Shown here one piece after another: positions 45,876 to 55,781 of a DNA stretch of 64,000 nt. The notes beneath the pieces were generated by a model, which saw only the letters and a list, made by a program, of their open reading frames with translations, was not told the origin of the DNA and made no database searches. The stretch spans positions 204,740 to 268,739 of IMG/VR virus record IMGVR_UViG_3300032296_003307. The stretch is one strand, 5' to 3'. The translations under genes were made by a program, and so were the position numbers. Each line of letters starts with the position of its first letter. Positions within the stretch are counted from its first letter, which is position 1.

Positions 45876-47023
45876 ATTGTTTCGTTCACTATTTCTATTA
45901 TGTAATCTAATTCACCTTTAGTCATTTGGTGGTTATTTGGTAGATAAAGACCATATTTATGAACCTTAAACGCCTTTGGCAATTCTTGTTTATCGTACCT
46001 TTCAAACCAAAATGGGTGTTCGTTTATTGAACCACATATCAAAGGTCTACACTCGACACCCTTAACATTTAGGTTATGAACCAATAACTCTAATTTACTT
46101 GTTATTATTGGATAAGAAAAATTAGATATAAATGTATTTTCACTTGGTTTAATTTTCCATTCATGATTTATGATACCCTCATGATAAATTTTATAATTTT
46201 TATTCCTGTTACTCACTATAGAATCTAACTTTTTTAGTTGTTCTAATCCAATAAATGCTTGTAAATCTGTTGCTCTTAGATTAAATCCCGGATAATAAAA
46301 TGTGTACAAAGAACGAAAATCAGAAATTTTATATTTGTTTCTTAATTCTTCTTGTTTTTGTTTTGGTAAATCTCTGTCCCACCCATGAGAACGAATTGAT
46401 AAAAGTATATGGTATAACTCCTCGTCATCTGTAGATATCATACCACCTTCAATTGTTGACATATGATGACCAAAATAAAAAGAAAATGTGGACATGTCCC
46501 CAAACGTACCTAATTTTTTTTCCTCATATTCAGAACCAATCGATTCACAAGTATCTTCAATAAGTTTAATATCGTGTTTTACACACAAATCAACTATTTC
46601 TTTCATGTGGTTTGGAAAACCTAAAACATGAACTAAAATAATACTGGAAGGGTTGTGTTGTTCTATTATTTTTTTTAAGTGTTCAATATCTAAACCCAAG
46701 TTATCTTCATCACATTCGCACATTATTGGTTCTAACCCAAGTTGTATTGCTGGTGTTACTGTGGTTACCCAAGAAACTGAAGGAACAACAATTTTTTTAT
46801 TTCTTAATTTACCTGAGATAAGTAATGCGTATACAGATGCTAAATTTGCCGAAGAGCCTGAGTTTACAAAAACCGAGAATTTTCTACCTAACCATTCAGA
46901 CCATTTTTTTTCAAACTCTACAGTTAAATCACCTTTTGTTAATTTTGGGTTATGTTGCAACCATTCAATCAACTTGGATATGTCCTGATTGTCTATTGTG
47001 TCTTTAACCAATTTTATATTCAT
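45872..47023 (-). CDS. PLP-dependent DegT-family enzyme of the ColD/E1 3-dehydratase type
   Basis: VNSGSSAN, EDTCES and SFYFGHHMSTIEGG, with His at the position where aminotransferases have the Schiff-base Lys. Confidence 0.8.
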   Translation of the reverse strand: MNIKLVKDTIDNQDISKLIEWLQHNPKLTKGDLTVEFEKKWSEWLGRKFSVFVNSGSSANLASVYALLISGKLRNKKIVVPSVSWVTTVTPAIQLGLEPIMCECDEDNLGLDIEHLKKIIEQHNPSSIILVHVLGFPNHMKEIVDLCVKHDIKLIEDTCESIGSEYEEKKLGTFGDMSTFSFYFGHHMSTIEGGMISTDDEELYHILLSIRSHGWDRDLPKQKQEELRNKYKISDFRSLYTFYYPGFNLRATDLQAFIGLEQLKKLDSIVSNRNKNYKIYHEGIINHEWKIKPSENTFISNFSYPIITSKLELLVHNLNVKGVECRPLICGSINEHPFWFERYDKQELPKAFKVHKYGLYLPNNHQMTKGELDYIIEIVNETI

Positions 47024-47798
47024 AGATGTCTTTTTTTGTTAGGTTTAAAAGCTCATTATAATCAGATGTTTTTATACAAGAATAATAACTATTACGTTTG
47101 TTTAATAAATTGTTAGAGTCGTCATACTCCAAATATTCTTCGATATTTTTTCCTGTTTGTGTGTATAAATCTACAATAAATTGTTTTACATTATATAATT
47201 CTCCGCTTCCGATAATTAGGTCTGATTCTGCACTTATAGATTTTTCTACAACAATTTTTGGGTGTATCAAGTCCCTTTCAAAGTCGATGTTACCTATTTT
47301 TATTTTTTGATTAAGTATTAATGAGTCAAATATTTTCTTAAATAGAAACCCGTCTTTTCTAAATGGTGAATTGAAATTAAACGGATATATTATTACAACG
47401 TTATTGTAATCTTTTTTATTTTTGTTTATTTCGTTGCACATCATTTCTTTGGATTTTATGTATGGAGTCTCAAAATAATTGTAAGGTGTTTCTAAATTTA
47501 TACACCCGTCATGTTTGTTCCATAATTCCGATGTTGAATAAACAACTATTTTTCTGCAAAAATCTTTCAATCTGTTTATAACATCTAAAGTATATGATAC
47601 GTTAACTTGAAAAAACAAAGAATCATTATCCTTTAAAAAAGTTCTTTGTTCGGCAAACAATAAAAAAATCTTATCGTATTTTTTTTTCTGTATTTTTTCA
47701 AAATCTAAATTTCTTGATGAAATAAAATCAAAATTATTTTTTGGAAAGTACGTTGAAAGTTGTGATGTGTTACCAATCACTAAGTTTTGATTGGTCAT
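47004..47798 (-). CDS. NAD-dependent epimerase/reductase (extended SDR)
   Basis: Degenerate GxxSQL Rossmann motif, STSE, PYIKSK (YxxxK) and RDLIH. Confidence 0.7.
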   Translation of the reverse strand: MTNQNLVIGNTSQLSTYFPKNNFDFISSRNLDFEKIQKKKYDKIFLLFAEQRTFLKDNDSLFFQVNVSYTLDVINRLKDFCRKIVVYSTSELWNKHDGCINLETPYNYFETPYIKSKEMMCNEINKNKKDYNNVVIIYPFNFNSPFRKDGFLFKKIFDSLILNQKIKIGNIDFERDLIHPKIVVEKSISAESDLIIGSGELYNVKQFIVDLYTQTGKNIEEYLEYDDSNNLLNKRNSYYSCIKTSDYNELLNLTKKDIYEYKIG

Positions 47799-48397
47799 AA
47801 TTTAAACGTTTCGTTATACGGGCTTTTTTTGTTTACGTATATTTCATGTGAATTTGCGACTATTCCCTTTCTTTCAAAACCTAAGTGTTCAAGAAACGAA
47901 AAATCTTGGTCAACTCCTAATGCTTTGTGATTTTCTACATCCAAAACATGAATAAAAACATCATCAAAATTAATCCCCTTTAACACCTGATTTTCATAAC
48001 CCTCAACGTCTAAACACATAAAATGCACCTCAGTGATGTTGTGTTTATTTAATAATTTAGACAATTGTATTGCGGGATGCGGTTTAGGATTCCAAGACTT
48101 GTTATGAATATTAAGTACACCACCAATCATATAATGACTAAAATCCCCTTCAATATAATCTAATTTGTAATCATCAGATACTAATACATAGTTTTCTACT
48201 ATTGTGTTTGGTCTGTAAATTTTGTACTTGTGGTTAAAATCCATTTTAGGTTCTACAACTAAACCAGTCCATCCGTTCCTTTCTAACGTTGCCGTATTAT
48301 TTTGGTCTTCAGGGTCTGAACCGCCCGCTTCAACAAAAAATTTATTTGTACCTAAATTTTTTATTATAATACCATCAATTCCAAATTGAGCTCCCAT
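47795..48397 (-). CDS. FkbM family methyltransferase
   Basis: FFVEAGG...SNT-like NNT..LE..GWTGLVVEP and LDVEGYE. Confidence 0.85.
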   Translation of the reverse strand: MGAQFGIDGIIIKNLGTNKFFVEAGGSDPEDQNNTATLERNGWTGLVVEPKMDFNHKYKIYRPNTIVENYVLVSDDYKLDYIEGDFSHYMIGGVLNIHNKSWNPKPHPAIQLSKLLNKHNITEVHFMCLDVEGYENQVLKGINFDDVFIHVLDVENHKALGVDQDFSFLEHLGFERKGIVANSHEIYVNKKSPYNETFKL

Positions 48398-48440
48398 ATA
48401 AAATAATTTAATTAAAAATCAAAAATTATCAATCTAAGAA

Positions 48441-49454
48441 TTATTTTCTTCTATATTTTACATTTGACTTGTCGTAGATATTATCAATCAAAGAAATTAC
48501 ATTTAGAGTTTCTTTCATTTTAAATTCCTCCAAGTTTTGATATACAAAAGGGTGATTTGGACATGACCCTTCATATGACCCATAGTTATTTGGTTCATTA
48601 GATATTTTGTATTTTTTTCTTATTTTTTCAAATTCAGATTGTGAACCTTGTGACAATAAGTTTGCTGACTCAACAATATTCATTGCTTTACCACCAATCT
48701 TGACAAATCCGTTTGAACCTATTACTGATAGTGAGCATTCTAAATTTCTAGGTTCTGCAGCAATTGTTATTTCACACGTACCACCAAAAGAACCAAAATC
48801 AAATATGGAATAAATGGTGTCCTCAATATCCACATTTGAATGTTTCATATTATATAACTTAGAACTATGAACCTCTGGTAACCCAAAAACAAATTGTAAA
48901 ATGTCTAAATAATGTATTCCTACTTCGTAAAGAGTGCCTCCACCAACAGATGGAATTGCTCTCCACCCACTGAAATATTCTAGTGGTCTTTGCCATCTTT
49001 GAACTAAGTTCACCGAACGGATATCACCTAATAAATTATTCTCTATTGTTTCTTTTAACAGTTGTACTGTTGGATTTAATCTAACTTGTAAAACACAATA
49101 TGCATCTCTATTGTATTTTTCACTCACCGAGATAATTTTTTCAACTTCATCAACAGAAAAAGAAACAGGTTTTTCAACTAAAACATCACAATTATTTTCT
49201 AACGCAAAAATAGATTGGGTGGTATGTAGTGAATTTGGTGTTGCTATGGTCACAAAATCAACTTTACCTGATTTAATCATTTCTTTATAATCAACAAACC
49301 AATCCACACCAAACTTTTCGCCAATTTCTTGTGCGATGTGTTCTTGTATGTCACACACCGCAACTAATTTAAAATTTTTATTTGCCTCAATCGATTCAAT
49401 ATGTCGTGGTAGTATAGCACCACATCCTATTATCCCTACTTTTTTTGTTTTCAT
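48441..49454 (-). CDS. Gfo/Idh/MocA oxidoreductase (WbpB/WlbA-like sugar 3-dehydrogenase)
   Basis: VGIIGCGAI, ATPNSLH, VEKP and GIHYLD motifs; likely start MKTKK. Confidence 0.85.
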   Translation of the reverse strand: MKTKKVGIIGCGAILPRHIESIEANKNFKLVAVCDIQEHIAQEIGEKFGVDWFVDYKEMIKSGKVDFVTIATPNSLHTTQSIFALENNCDVLVEKPVSFSVDEVEKIISVSEKYNRDAYCVLQVRLNPTVQLLKETIENNLLGDIRSVNLVQRWQRPLEYFSGWRAIPSVGGGTLYEVGIHYLDILQFVFGLPEVHSSKLYNMKHSNVDIEDTIYSIFDFGSFGGTCEITIAAEPRNLECSLSVIGSNGFVKIGGKAMNIVESANLLSQGSQSEFEKIRKKYKISNEPNNYGSYEGSCPNHPFVYQNLEEFKMKETLNVISLIDNIYDKSNVKYRRK

Positions 49455-49455
49455 A

Positions 49456-49932
49456 TTATAATATTTTTCTAACAACTTTAATTGGATTTCCGTAAGCTAA
49501 AACCGAATCAGGTACGTTTTTTGAAACCACACTTCCAGCACCAACTAAAGAATTTTCACCAATTATTACACCGCAAATTATAACTGAATTTGCACCGATA
49601 GAACACCCATCTTTAAATATTGTTTTTTTAAACCGATATGGTTTTTTCCAATCCCCGTTTACTTTCGGATATAAATCATTTGTTGTTACTGTGTTTGGAC
49701 CTAAAAAAACATTATTACCAATTTCAACACCTTCGTAAATTAACGAATGATTTTGTATTTTGCAGTTATCCCCAATTACAACATTAGGTCCTATGTGAAC
49801 ACCCTCTCCAATTACACAGTTTTTACCTATGGTTGAATTTTCACAGATGTGGCTAAATGCCCAAATTTTTGTATTTTCCCCAACGTTTTTTGTTTCTACT
49901 ATTGCGGTATCATGTATAAAAACATTTTCCAT
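49456..49932 (-). CDS. Hexapeptide-repeat N-acetyltransferase (WbpD/WlbB-like)
   Basis: FIHDTAIV, TKIWAFSHI, CKIQN, TNDLYP, SIGANS and YGNP. Confidence 0.88.
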   Translation of the reverse strand: MENVFIHDTAIVETKNVGENTKIWAFSHICENSTIGKNCVIGEGVHIGPNVVIGDNCKIQNHSLIYEGVEIGNNVFLGPNTVTTNDLYPKVNGDWKKPYRFKKTIFKDGCSIGANSVIICGVIIGENSLVGAGSVVSKNVPDSVLAYGNPIKVVRKIL

Positions 49933-49933
49933 A

Positions 49934-50722
49934 TTATTTAACTTTTTTATTTATTTGGTCAATCCAATATTCGTAATCAATCAATTCTTTACTGTTGTTT
50001 TTAACTTTTCGTATTTCTTTTTTAACAAGTTCAATATTATTTAAATCTATCGGGTTGTTCAAGAAAACTATTGGTAAAAATTTATACAGGGCGTTATATA
50101 TGGCGTCATACTTTGTCCTGTCACCAACACAAACAGGAATGCAGTCCAAATAAAGCGCCTCATAGGTTCTGATACACTCTAATCCGTTACCTGTTGGGGA
50201 AACCACTCCAATATACTCTTTCATTTTTTTAACGTATTCACGGTATGTTAATCCATACTCAAAGTCTATATTTTGTGATACCATGCAAATTTGTTTTATT
50301 AAATTCCTATAGTTTGGGTTGGTATAAACATTAAAATTTGCATACAATTTTTCATAAATTGGTTCTTGGTTTATTATCTCTTCTCCAGTTAAAAACGGTA
50401 ATTTTTCAAAAATGGCGTCGTTAATCATACCGTGACCTTCTCTTTTAGGTGCGTATTGATTTTCAACACCAATTGGTATTGGTGTTACAATGCTATTGTA
50501 TACGGTAGAATTTGTTGCAAATATGTGTTTTACGTTGTGTGGTTTTTGTTTAAGAATTTCTTCAGTAAAACTTATATCACCATTCATAATTAACATTACA
50601 ACCTTGTGAGGTATTGTTGACACCCTTCTGAATTCAGGTATTACATGGTCTATCTTACAAAAAACAATTCTTTCATCGTCGTGTAACTCAGAAAACCTGT
50701 TCATTTGAATTAAATTGTTCAT
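49934..50722 (-). CDS. Exostosin/GT47-like glycosyltransferase
   Basis: PIPIG and VSPTGNGLECIRTYEALYLDCIPV; likely start MNNLIQ. Confidence 0.65.
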   Translation of the reverse strand: MNNLIQMNRFSELHDDERIVFCKIDHVIPEFRRVSTIPHKVVMLIMNGDISFTEEILKQKPHNVKHIFATNSTVYNSIVTPIPIGVENQYAPKREGHGMINDAIFEKLPFLTGEEIINQEPIYEKLYANFNVYTNPNYRNLIKQICMVSQNIDFEYGLTYREYVKKMKEYIGVVSPTGNGLECIRTYEALYLDCIPVCVGDRTKYDAIYNALYKFLPIVFLNNPIDLNNIELVKKEIRKVKNNSKELIDYEYWIDQINKKVK

Positions 50723-50723
50723 C

Positions 50724-51512
50724 TTATATAAAGTAGGGTATTTTATCAAATAAAGTATCTAAATAATTTTTGTGTTCACTGTATGGTCTTACAGAATGGC
50801 ACTCTATATAAAAATTTTTATTTAAAAGAATTTCGTTGTAGGGTACCTCAATATTTCTGTAACAATCGACTCTCCTCTTTAAAAAATCCGATGATTTACT
50901 AAGTGCGGATATTCTTTTTCTATAAGGAAAATTCATTAGTTTTTTACAACTGTATGCCTCGTCCATACCCCACTTATCACCCCACATTGTGATTACACCA
51001 CTATTTTCTAATTTTAATATTTCTTCTTCAAAAGTATCTTCAAAATCATAAACATCCCAAAACGTACTACCTTTTGCAATGTGATATGCGGAAGGGCTGT
51101 ATCCATTTTCATACCATGTTAATTTAGATTTACCCTCTAATTTATATTGGTCGTCTATCAACATAACATAGTTATCATCAGGAACGTCTTTTATAGTATC
51201 TCTTAAGAAGTAGGTACCTAAAGGTATTTGGTCAATACCCATAATAGCACAAACATCATCCTCAAAAAATTTTGTAAAATAAAATAAACCCCAAGTATAT
51301 TGCCAAGGTTTGATATCAGGAACCGATGGTTGTACTAAAATTTCCCCATATTCAGTAGATAAATTAATTTCATCTAATTCTTCTTGTGTTCCGAAAAATA
51401 TTAAGGTTGGTTTAATACCAAACTTTTCTTTATACGTAAAAGAAAGTTTGTTCCAAAAATCATAATACAATGGATTGTTATTTGTTGATAATATAACTCT
51501 ATCTACTTTCAT
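50724..51512 (-). CDS. Putative glycosyltransferase
   Basis: Cluster context, GIDQIPL (DxD-like) and WGMDE. Confidence 0.5.
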   Translation of the reverse strand: MKVDRVILSTNNNPLYYDFWNKLSFTYKEKFGIKPTLIFFGTQEELDEINLSTEYGEILVQPSVPDIKPWQYTWGLFYFTKFFEDDVCAIMGIDQIPLGTYFLRDTIKDVPDDNYVMLIDDQYKLEGKSKLTWYENGYSPSAYHIAKGSTFWDVYDFEDTFEEEILKLENSGVITMWGDKWGMDEAYSCKKLMNFPYRKRISALSKSSDFLKRRVDCYRNIEVPYNEILLNKNFYIECHSVRPYSEHKNYLDTLFDKIPYFI

Positions 51513-51515
51513 AAC

Positions 51516-52325
51516 TTAATTAATTGTTGTTCTGTGACTTCCGTGATAATACGAAATGTCTTTATTTTCCTCATAGTTTTTATTGTCTATTAGTGTTGAT
51601 AATATAACACCCCAAACAGGTAAGTCACCCCACCTATTACTATAAATCCCGTGTGAATCGTCCACCTCATCTAAAAACATACATACAATGTCATTATCTA
51701 AAAAGTATTGAATGTCTACTATCATAAAGTTGGTATACGGACACTTAATTTCTTCAAATGATTTATATGGAGAAATACCGTTAACTGAAATAAAACTCTC
51801 CCAAAGATTTTTTAAACCAACAATGACATAATCCTCGTCTTGTCCTTGAAACATTGGTGAGGAGAAATATATTTCATTCTCCGTCATACGTTTTATTGTA
51901 TTTGGGTCAAACTTGGTTACGACACAATCTTCATCAATTCTTATGATGTATTTGTAATTGGATAAATAATCCAAAAAATCCATAGACCAAAAATGACACA
52001 TGTGTTTGTATCCTAATGGAAAGGCCATTGACTGTGGTGTTGGTGGGCATAACAACATATTTATTTTGTTTTTCTTGTCGTCAAAAGCTGTTTTTGGGTA
52101 TGCCTTTTTAATATCAATAAACGTTAAGTTTAACCCTTTGCTATTGGACGAAATAAATGTTTGGTGTTCTTTGGTTATATTTCCTTCGTGAAAAAGTATT
52201 ATGTCATATTTTTCACTTGTTTTAGAAATAATGTTATCGTATATACTTTTGTTTCTAAGTATAAGATTTTGATATCCATTTAAGTCTTGATATCCTCTAG
52301 TTAATGCAACTATAGCGTTTTTCAT
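51516..52325 (-). CDS. GT15 (Kre2/Mnt1-like alpha-1,2-mannosyltransferase) homologue
   Basis: GYKHMCHFWS, YKYIIRIDED, YTNF and GIYSNRWGDLP match the GT15 signatures (YRHMCRF, YYWRVEP, RWGDA). Confidence 0.75.
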   Translation of the reverse strand: MKNAIVALTRGYQDLNGYQNLILRNKSIYDNIISKTSEKYDIILFHEGNITKEHQTFISSNSKGLNLTFIDIKKAYPKTAFDDKKNKINMLLCPPTPQSMAFPLGYKHMCHFWSMDFLDYLSNYKYIIRIDEDCVVTKFDPNTIKRMTENEIYFSSPMFQGQDEDYVIVGLKNLWESFISVNGISPYKSFEEIKCPYTNFMIVDIQYFLDNDIVCMFLDEVDDSHGIYSNRWGDLPVWGVILSTLIDNKNYEENKDISYYHGSHRTTIN

Positions 52326-52330
52326 AAAAA

Positions 52331-53761
52331 TTATGACATGTTGTTTGTTGTGAGTTTACCCATAATAGATTCGGTATCAACATAATGACCTTGAGTCTTG
52401 TGAGAATCCATTTGAAAATGTTTTAGAAAATTTGCAGTCAAGGCCATTTTTTTTCTATTGAATAATGAAAACAACGTTATTGAGCGCTCGTGATAGTGTC
52501 CTGCGTTTTTATCGTTTCTGAACTTAGTAACCAAAGGAACTACCCAATTCATGTACTTATCAAACACGTCTTTTCTAAATGTGGTATTGGATGTTGCAGA
52601 CCAATGTTGAACTGTTCCTTTTTGAACTGCTGCTTCAACACTGTTTTTTAAATCTAACCCATAGACTGATTTCATTGCTTCGTCCAAACCATTTATAAAT
52701 GGGGCGTGTTTGATAAACATGTTGTGATTTGCAGGGTATGGTATATACCCAATCATGTCTGTTTTTTCATAATAAAACTTAAACATGTTTGTTTCAAAAT
52801 CAGGTACATAGTTAATATCATACTCAAAAAGATTAACATATTCACTGTCAATTAAGTTGTGTTTCCATAAAGTATACCAACCAGTGAAAGAAGTTAATTG
52901 AGGATAGTTTTCCAAATTGCCTTCATAATTTCTAGAAATAATTATGTTTGGAACGTCCGTTAATTTGTCTATAGGTCTGTTCCCAACAAAAACATACTTG
53001 TAACTACTAAAACCAATAAATTTTTTTATTCTTTCAAACTCCAATAATAAATCTTGGTCGTGAATAAAAATAAAAGTTTTGACATATTTTTCAGGTTCGG
53101 TAATGTCTATAGGAAGTTTTTCTGAAAATTTTTCAACAAAAGATTCCCTATTAGATTCCCACTGTTCATTTGTTTGACCCACTGACAAATGAGTTACTCT
53201 AATGTCAGTACATATACCTATTTGAACGTTTTTAATGTAGTTTCTAAAACAGAAATCAATATCATAGAAATGAAATCCTTTTACAGACTCATCAAAATTT
53301 TCAACTATGTTTTTTTTGTTTACCGCAAAAAACAATCCATCCACAATAATTGTGGGTTCTAATTTGTTACCAATATCTTTAGAGTATTTGGACTCCCACT
53401 TCTTACCTTCCGATTCATGATTTACGATACCATACATGGCAGATGTCATTTCCCACCACCTACCTGTTTCGGGTAGATATTTTGTCCCTGCTAAACCTAT
53501 AATCCCATATTCAGGGTTTTTGTTGAAGTGTGATTTTAGTTTGTGAGCCCAACCATTAGTATCAAATTTTAAGTCGTCGTGACAAAAAACAACAATATCA
53601 TATTCAGATTGTTCTAAAATTTTGTTATAGACTTCCGTCAAAGAATATTGACCATTATTTTCTATCGGAATAATTTGAATTTTTTTATTACCAGATGTTT
53701 TCTTTAATTGTTCGATGTATTTTTCATCGATTTTACGAGTGCTATATCCTATTGTAATCAT
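52331..53761 (-). CDS. Two-domain glycosyltransferase (GT2-like N-domain plus a second GT-A-like domain)
   Basis: SLTEVYN, VFCHDD, GIIGLAG, VDGLF and FHFYDID; the second half has FEYD and HER. Confidence 0.8.
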   Translation of the reverse strand: MITIGYSTRKIDEKYIEQLKKTSGNKKIQIIPIENNGQYSLTEVYNKILEQSEYDIVVFCHDDLKFDTNGWAHKLKSHFNKNPEYGIIGLAGTKYLPETGRWWEMTSAMYGIVNHESEGKKWESKYSKDIGNKLEPTIIVDGLFFAVNKKNIVENFDESVKGFHFYDIDFCFRNYIKNVQIGICTDIRVTHLSVGQTNEQWESNRESFVEKFSEKLPIDITEPEKYVKTFIFIHDQDLLLEFERIKKFIGFSSYKYVFVGNRPIDKLTDVPNIIISRNYEGNLENYPQLTSFTGWYTLWKHNLIDSEYVNLFEYDINYVPDFETNMFKFYYEKTDMIGYIPYPANHNMFIKHAPFINGLDEAMKSVYGLDLKNSVEAAVQKGTVQHWSATSNTTFRKDVFDKYMNWVVPLVTKFRNDKNAGHYHERSITLFSLFNRKKMALTANFLKHFQMDSHKTQGHYVDTESIMGKLTTNNMS

Positions 53762-53764
53762 ATT

Positions 53765-54490
53765 TTAATTATACATAAAATCTCTTGCTAATGTATCTTC
53801 AACATCACAAAAATCAAATTTAGTTTGATGCCACTGCTCAGGTTTTTTAGTAGGACCATTATCTGACTGACCTCTTTCACACCTGATTATCCAATCTTCT
53901 AATGTTTTGTGATGGTAATGATTTAATTGTGCGGTGTCAATAGTTCCCTTATCATTGTAAGGACCAACAAAAAATTTTTTATTCGTATCCATTAAAGGAA
54001 CATTTGGATTGTGAGGAAGTACCATACGACCTCCTGATGACATTTTTAATATTGTTTTAACATGTCTATCAACATCTTTTTGTTTAATAGTAAATTGTTT
54101 TAATAGAGAATTAGAATTTTCGTCTCGTTTTAATTTACCATTAGCACCAAAAAATTGCCAGTTTATTCCAATTCCGCTTGGGTTATTATATTCTTCTAAA
54201 AATGAGTTAATGTTTTCGTGTTTTTTTAACACTAGAAATTCGTCGCAATCAAAAAAAGCCGCCCACTCGTATTCTGTTTTATATGTGTTTATAAAATGAT
54301 TATAAACTTCCATCTGTTTACGGTGCCCGTCATATTGTATTTTTTTTAAGTAAGGACGATTTATCTTACATCTCCAATCATTTTCATAGATTACAATTTC
54401 ATCAAATCCTAATTTATGATTGTAATCAATCCATTCTTCAATGTAATTGTCTTCGTCTTTCGCAATACAAATTAGTGCCGATTTTTTCAT
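53765..54490 (-). CDS. Glycosyltransferase (GT92/GT2_4-like)
   Basis: CIAKDE..YIEEWI.Y...LGFD and WAAFFDCDEFL. Confidence 0.8.
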   Translation of the reverse strand: MKKSALICIAKDEDNYIEEWIDYNHKLGFDEIVIYENDWRCKINRPYLKKIQYDGHRKQMEVYNHFINTYKTEYEWAAFFDCDEFLVLKKHENINSFLEEYNNPSGIGINWQFFGANGKLKRDENSNSLLKQFTIKQKDVDRHVKTILKMSSGGRMVLPHNPNVPLMDTNKKFFVGPYNDKGTIDTAQLNHYHHKTLEDWIIRCERGQSDNGPTKKPEQWHQTKFDFCDVEDTLARDFMYN

Positions 54491-55080
54491 AATCCCGTAC
54501 TCCCAAATCCATTTTCACCTCTTTCTCCACTGTCTATGTTTTTACTTTCTTTTATTACCACAACCTCACCATCCAAAACAGGTGACAAAACCGCTTGAGC
54601 TATTTTATCTCCTGATTTAATATGATAGTCTTCTTTATTTGTGTTAAAAATTATCACCATAACCTCTCCCGTATAACCTCTGTCTACAGTACCGGGAGAA
54701 TTTAAAACCATTAATCCTTTTTTAGACGCCAAACCGCTTTTAGAACGAATTTGCATTTCGTATCCAACAGGTATCTTGAATTTTAATCCTGTACCAACAA
54801 CCGCTCTTCCTAGTCCTGGTATGTTAACATCGTTAATTGCGTGTAAATCAAATCCACTATCAGACGGATAATTGTACAATGGTGTTACTGCGTTATCTTT
54901 AATTTTTTCATAGACTAATGTATGTCTATATCTGTCAACTTTAAAATTCCTTTCAAGTTCTTCTAAGTCTAAACCATCTAATAGTTGAGCATCACTTTCA
55001 GATATATCTTCTTTTATGGTTTGTTCTAACTCCTCTAGTAATTTTTTTAGTTCTTTTTCTAATTCGTCTCCGTAAATCAT
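54487..55080 (-). CDS. dut: Trimeric dUTPase with an acidic N-terminal extension
   Basis: SGFDL, RSKSG, NSPGTVDRGYTGE, KIAQ and RGENGFGSTG. Confidence 0.95.
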   Translation of the reverse strand: MIYGDELEKELKKLLEELEQTIKEDISESDAQLLDGLDLEELERNFKVDRYRHTLVYEKIKDNAVTPLYNYPSDSGFDLHAINDVNIPGLGRAVVGTGLKFKIPVGYEMQIRSKSGLASKKGLMVLNSPGTVDRGYTGEVMVIIFNTNKEDYHIKSGDKIAQAVLSPVLDGEVVVIKESKNIDSGERGENGFGSTGL

Positions 55081-55781
55081 TATCTTAAATTTTTTAATTT
55101 ATCTATTAGTTTAACCAACACAAGGACATCTCTTTCACAGTATTGACAAATCGCATCTAACATATCGTCTAACCAATATGCGTCATGTACTCGGTTACCG
55201 GTAACTTCACCTTCCTTTGATGACTCAACACCCATGGCGGCACACATTAATTCCAAAGACGCCAATCCCCAAGGATTACCCGCTCTCCACACTTCTAATG
55301 TGTCAATTGCTTTAACTTCCCATGGTTTTGTATCATGACGAGGTAATAGTTTTGAAGGTTCAATACCATTAATCATCATTCGTTTAATCATTACAGGGAT
55401 GTCAAAGTTTTTAATATTGTGACCACACATCCAAAAATTCAAATTGTGACACCTTTCAAAAAGATGGTTAACTTCTTTTAACAATTCATATTCATTATGG
55501 TTTTTAAGGACCTGAGAACGAACTTTACCTTCCTTATCAACAAACGCCATACACACACAAACAATCTTAGAAAATTCAGGAACCAATGCCGCTCTATTGT
55601 GGTAAACATCTTTCGATGGTAAACCCGCATCTTCAGGATAACGCTTCAAAAACCAATCAAAATAATTGTGAAATTGTTTGTGAAGCATTGGGTATTTTTC
55701 CTGTAAGTCTTCGTATGTTGATGTTATTCCGACAGTTTCTATGTCTAAGAATAAAATGTTTTGTAATGGTATGTCTATCAT
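55080..55781 (-). CDS. DEDDy 3'-5' exonuclease (PolB-exo-like)
   Basis: FLDIET, GHNIKNFDIP, IDT and YCERD. Confidence 0.88.
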   Translation of the reverse strand: MIDIPLQNILFLDIETVGITSTYEDLQEKYPMLHKQFHNYFDWFLKRYPEDAGLPSKDVYHNRAALVPEFSKIVCVCMAFVDKEGKVRSQVLKNHNEYELLKEVNHLFERCHNLNFWMCGHNIKNFDIPVMIKRMMINGIEPSKLLPRHDTKPWEVKAIDTLEVWRAGNPWGLASLELMCAAMGVESSKEGEVTGNRVHDAYWLDDMLDAICQYCERDVLVLVKLIDKLKNLR

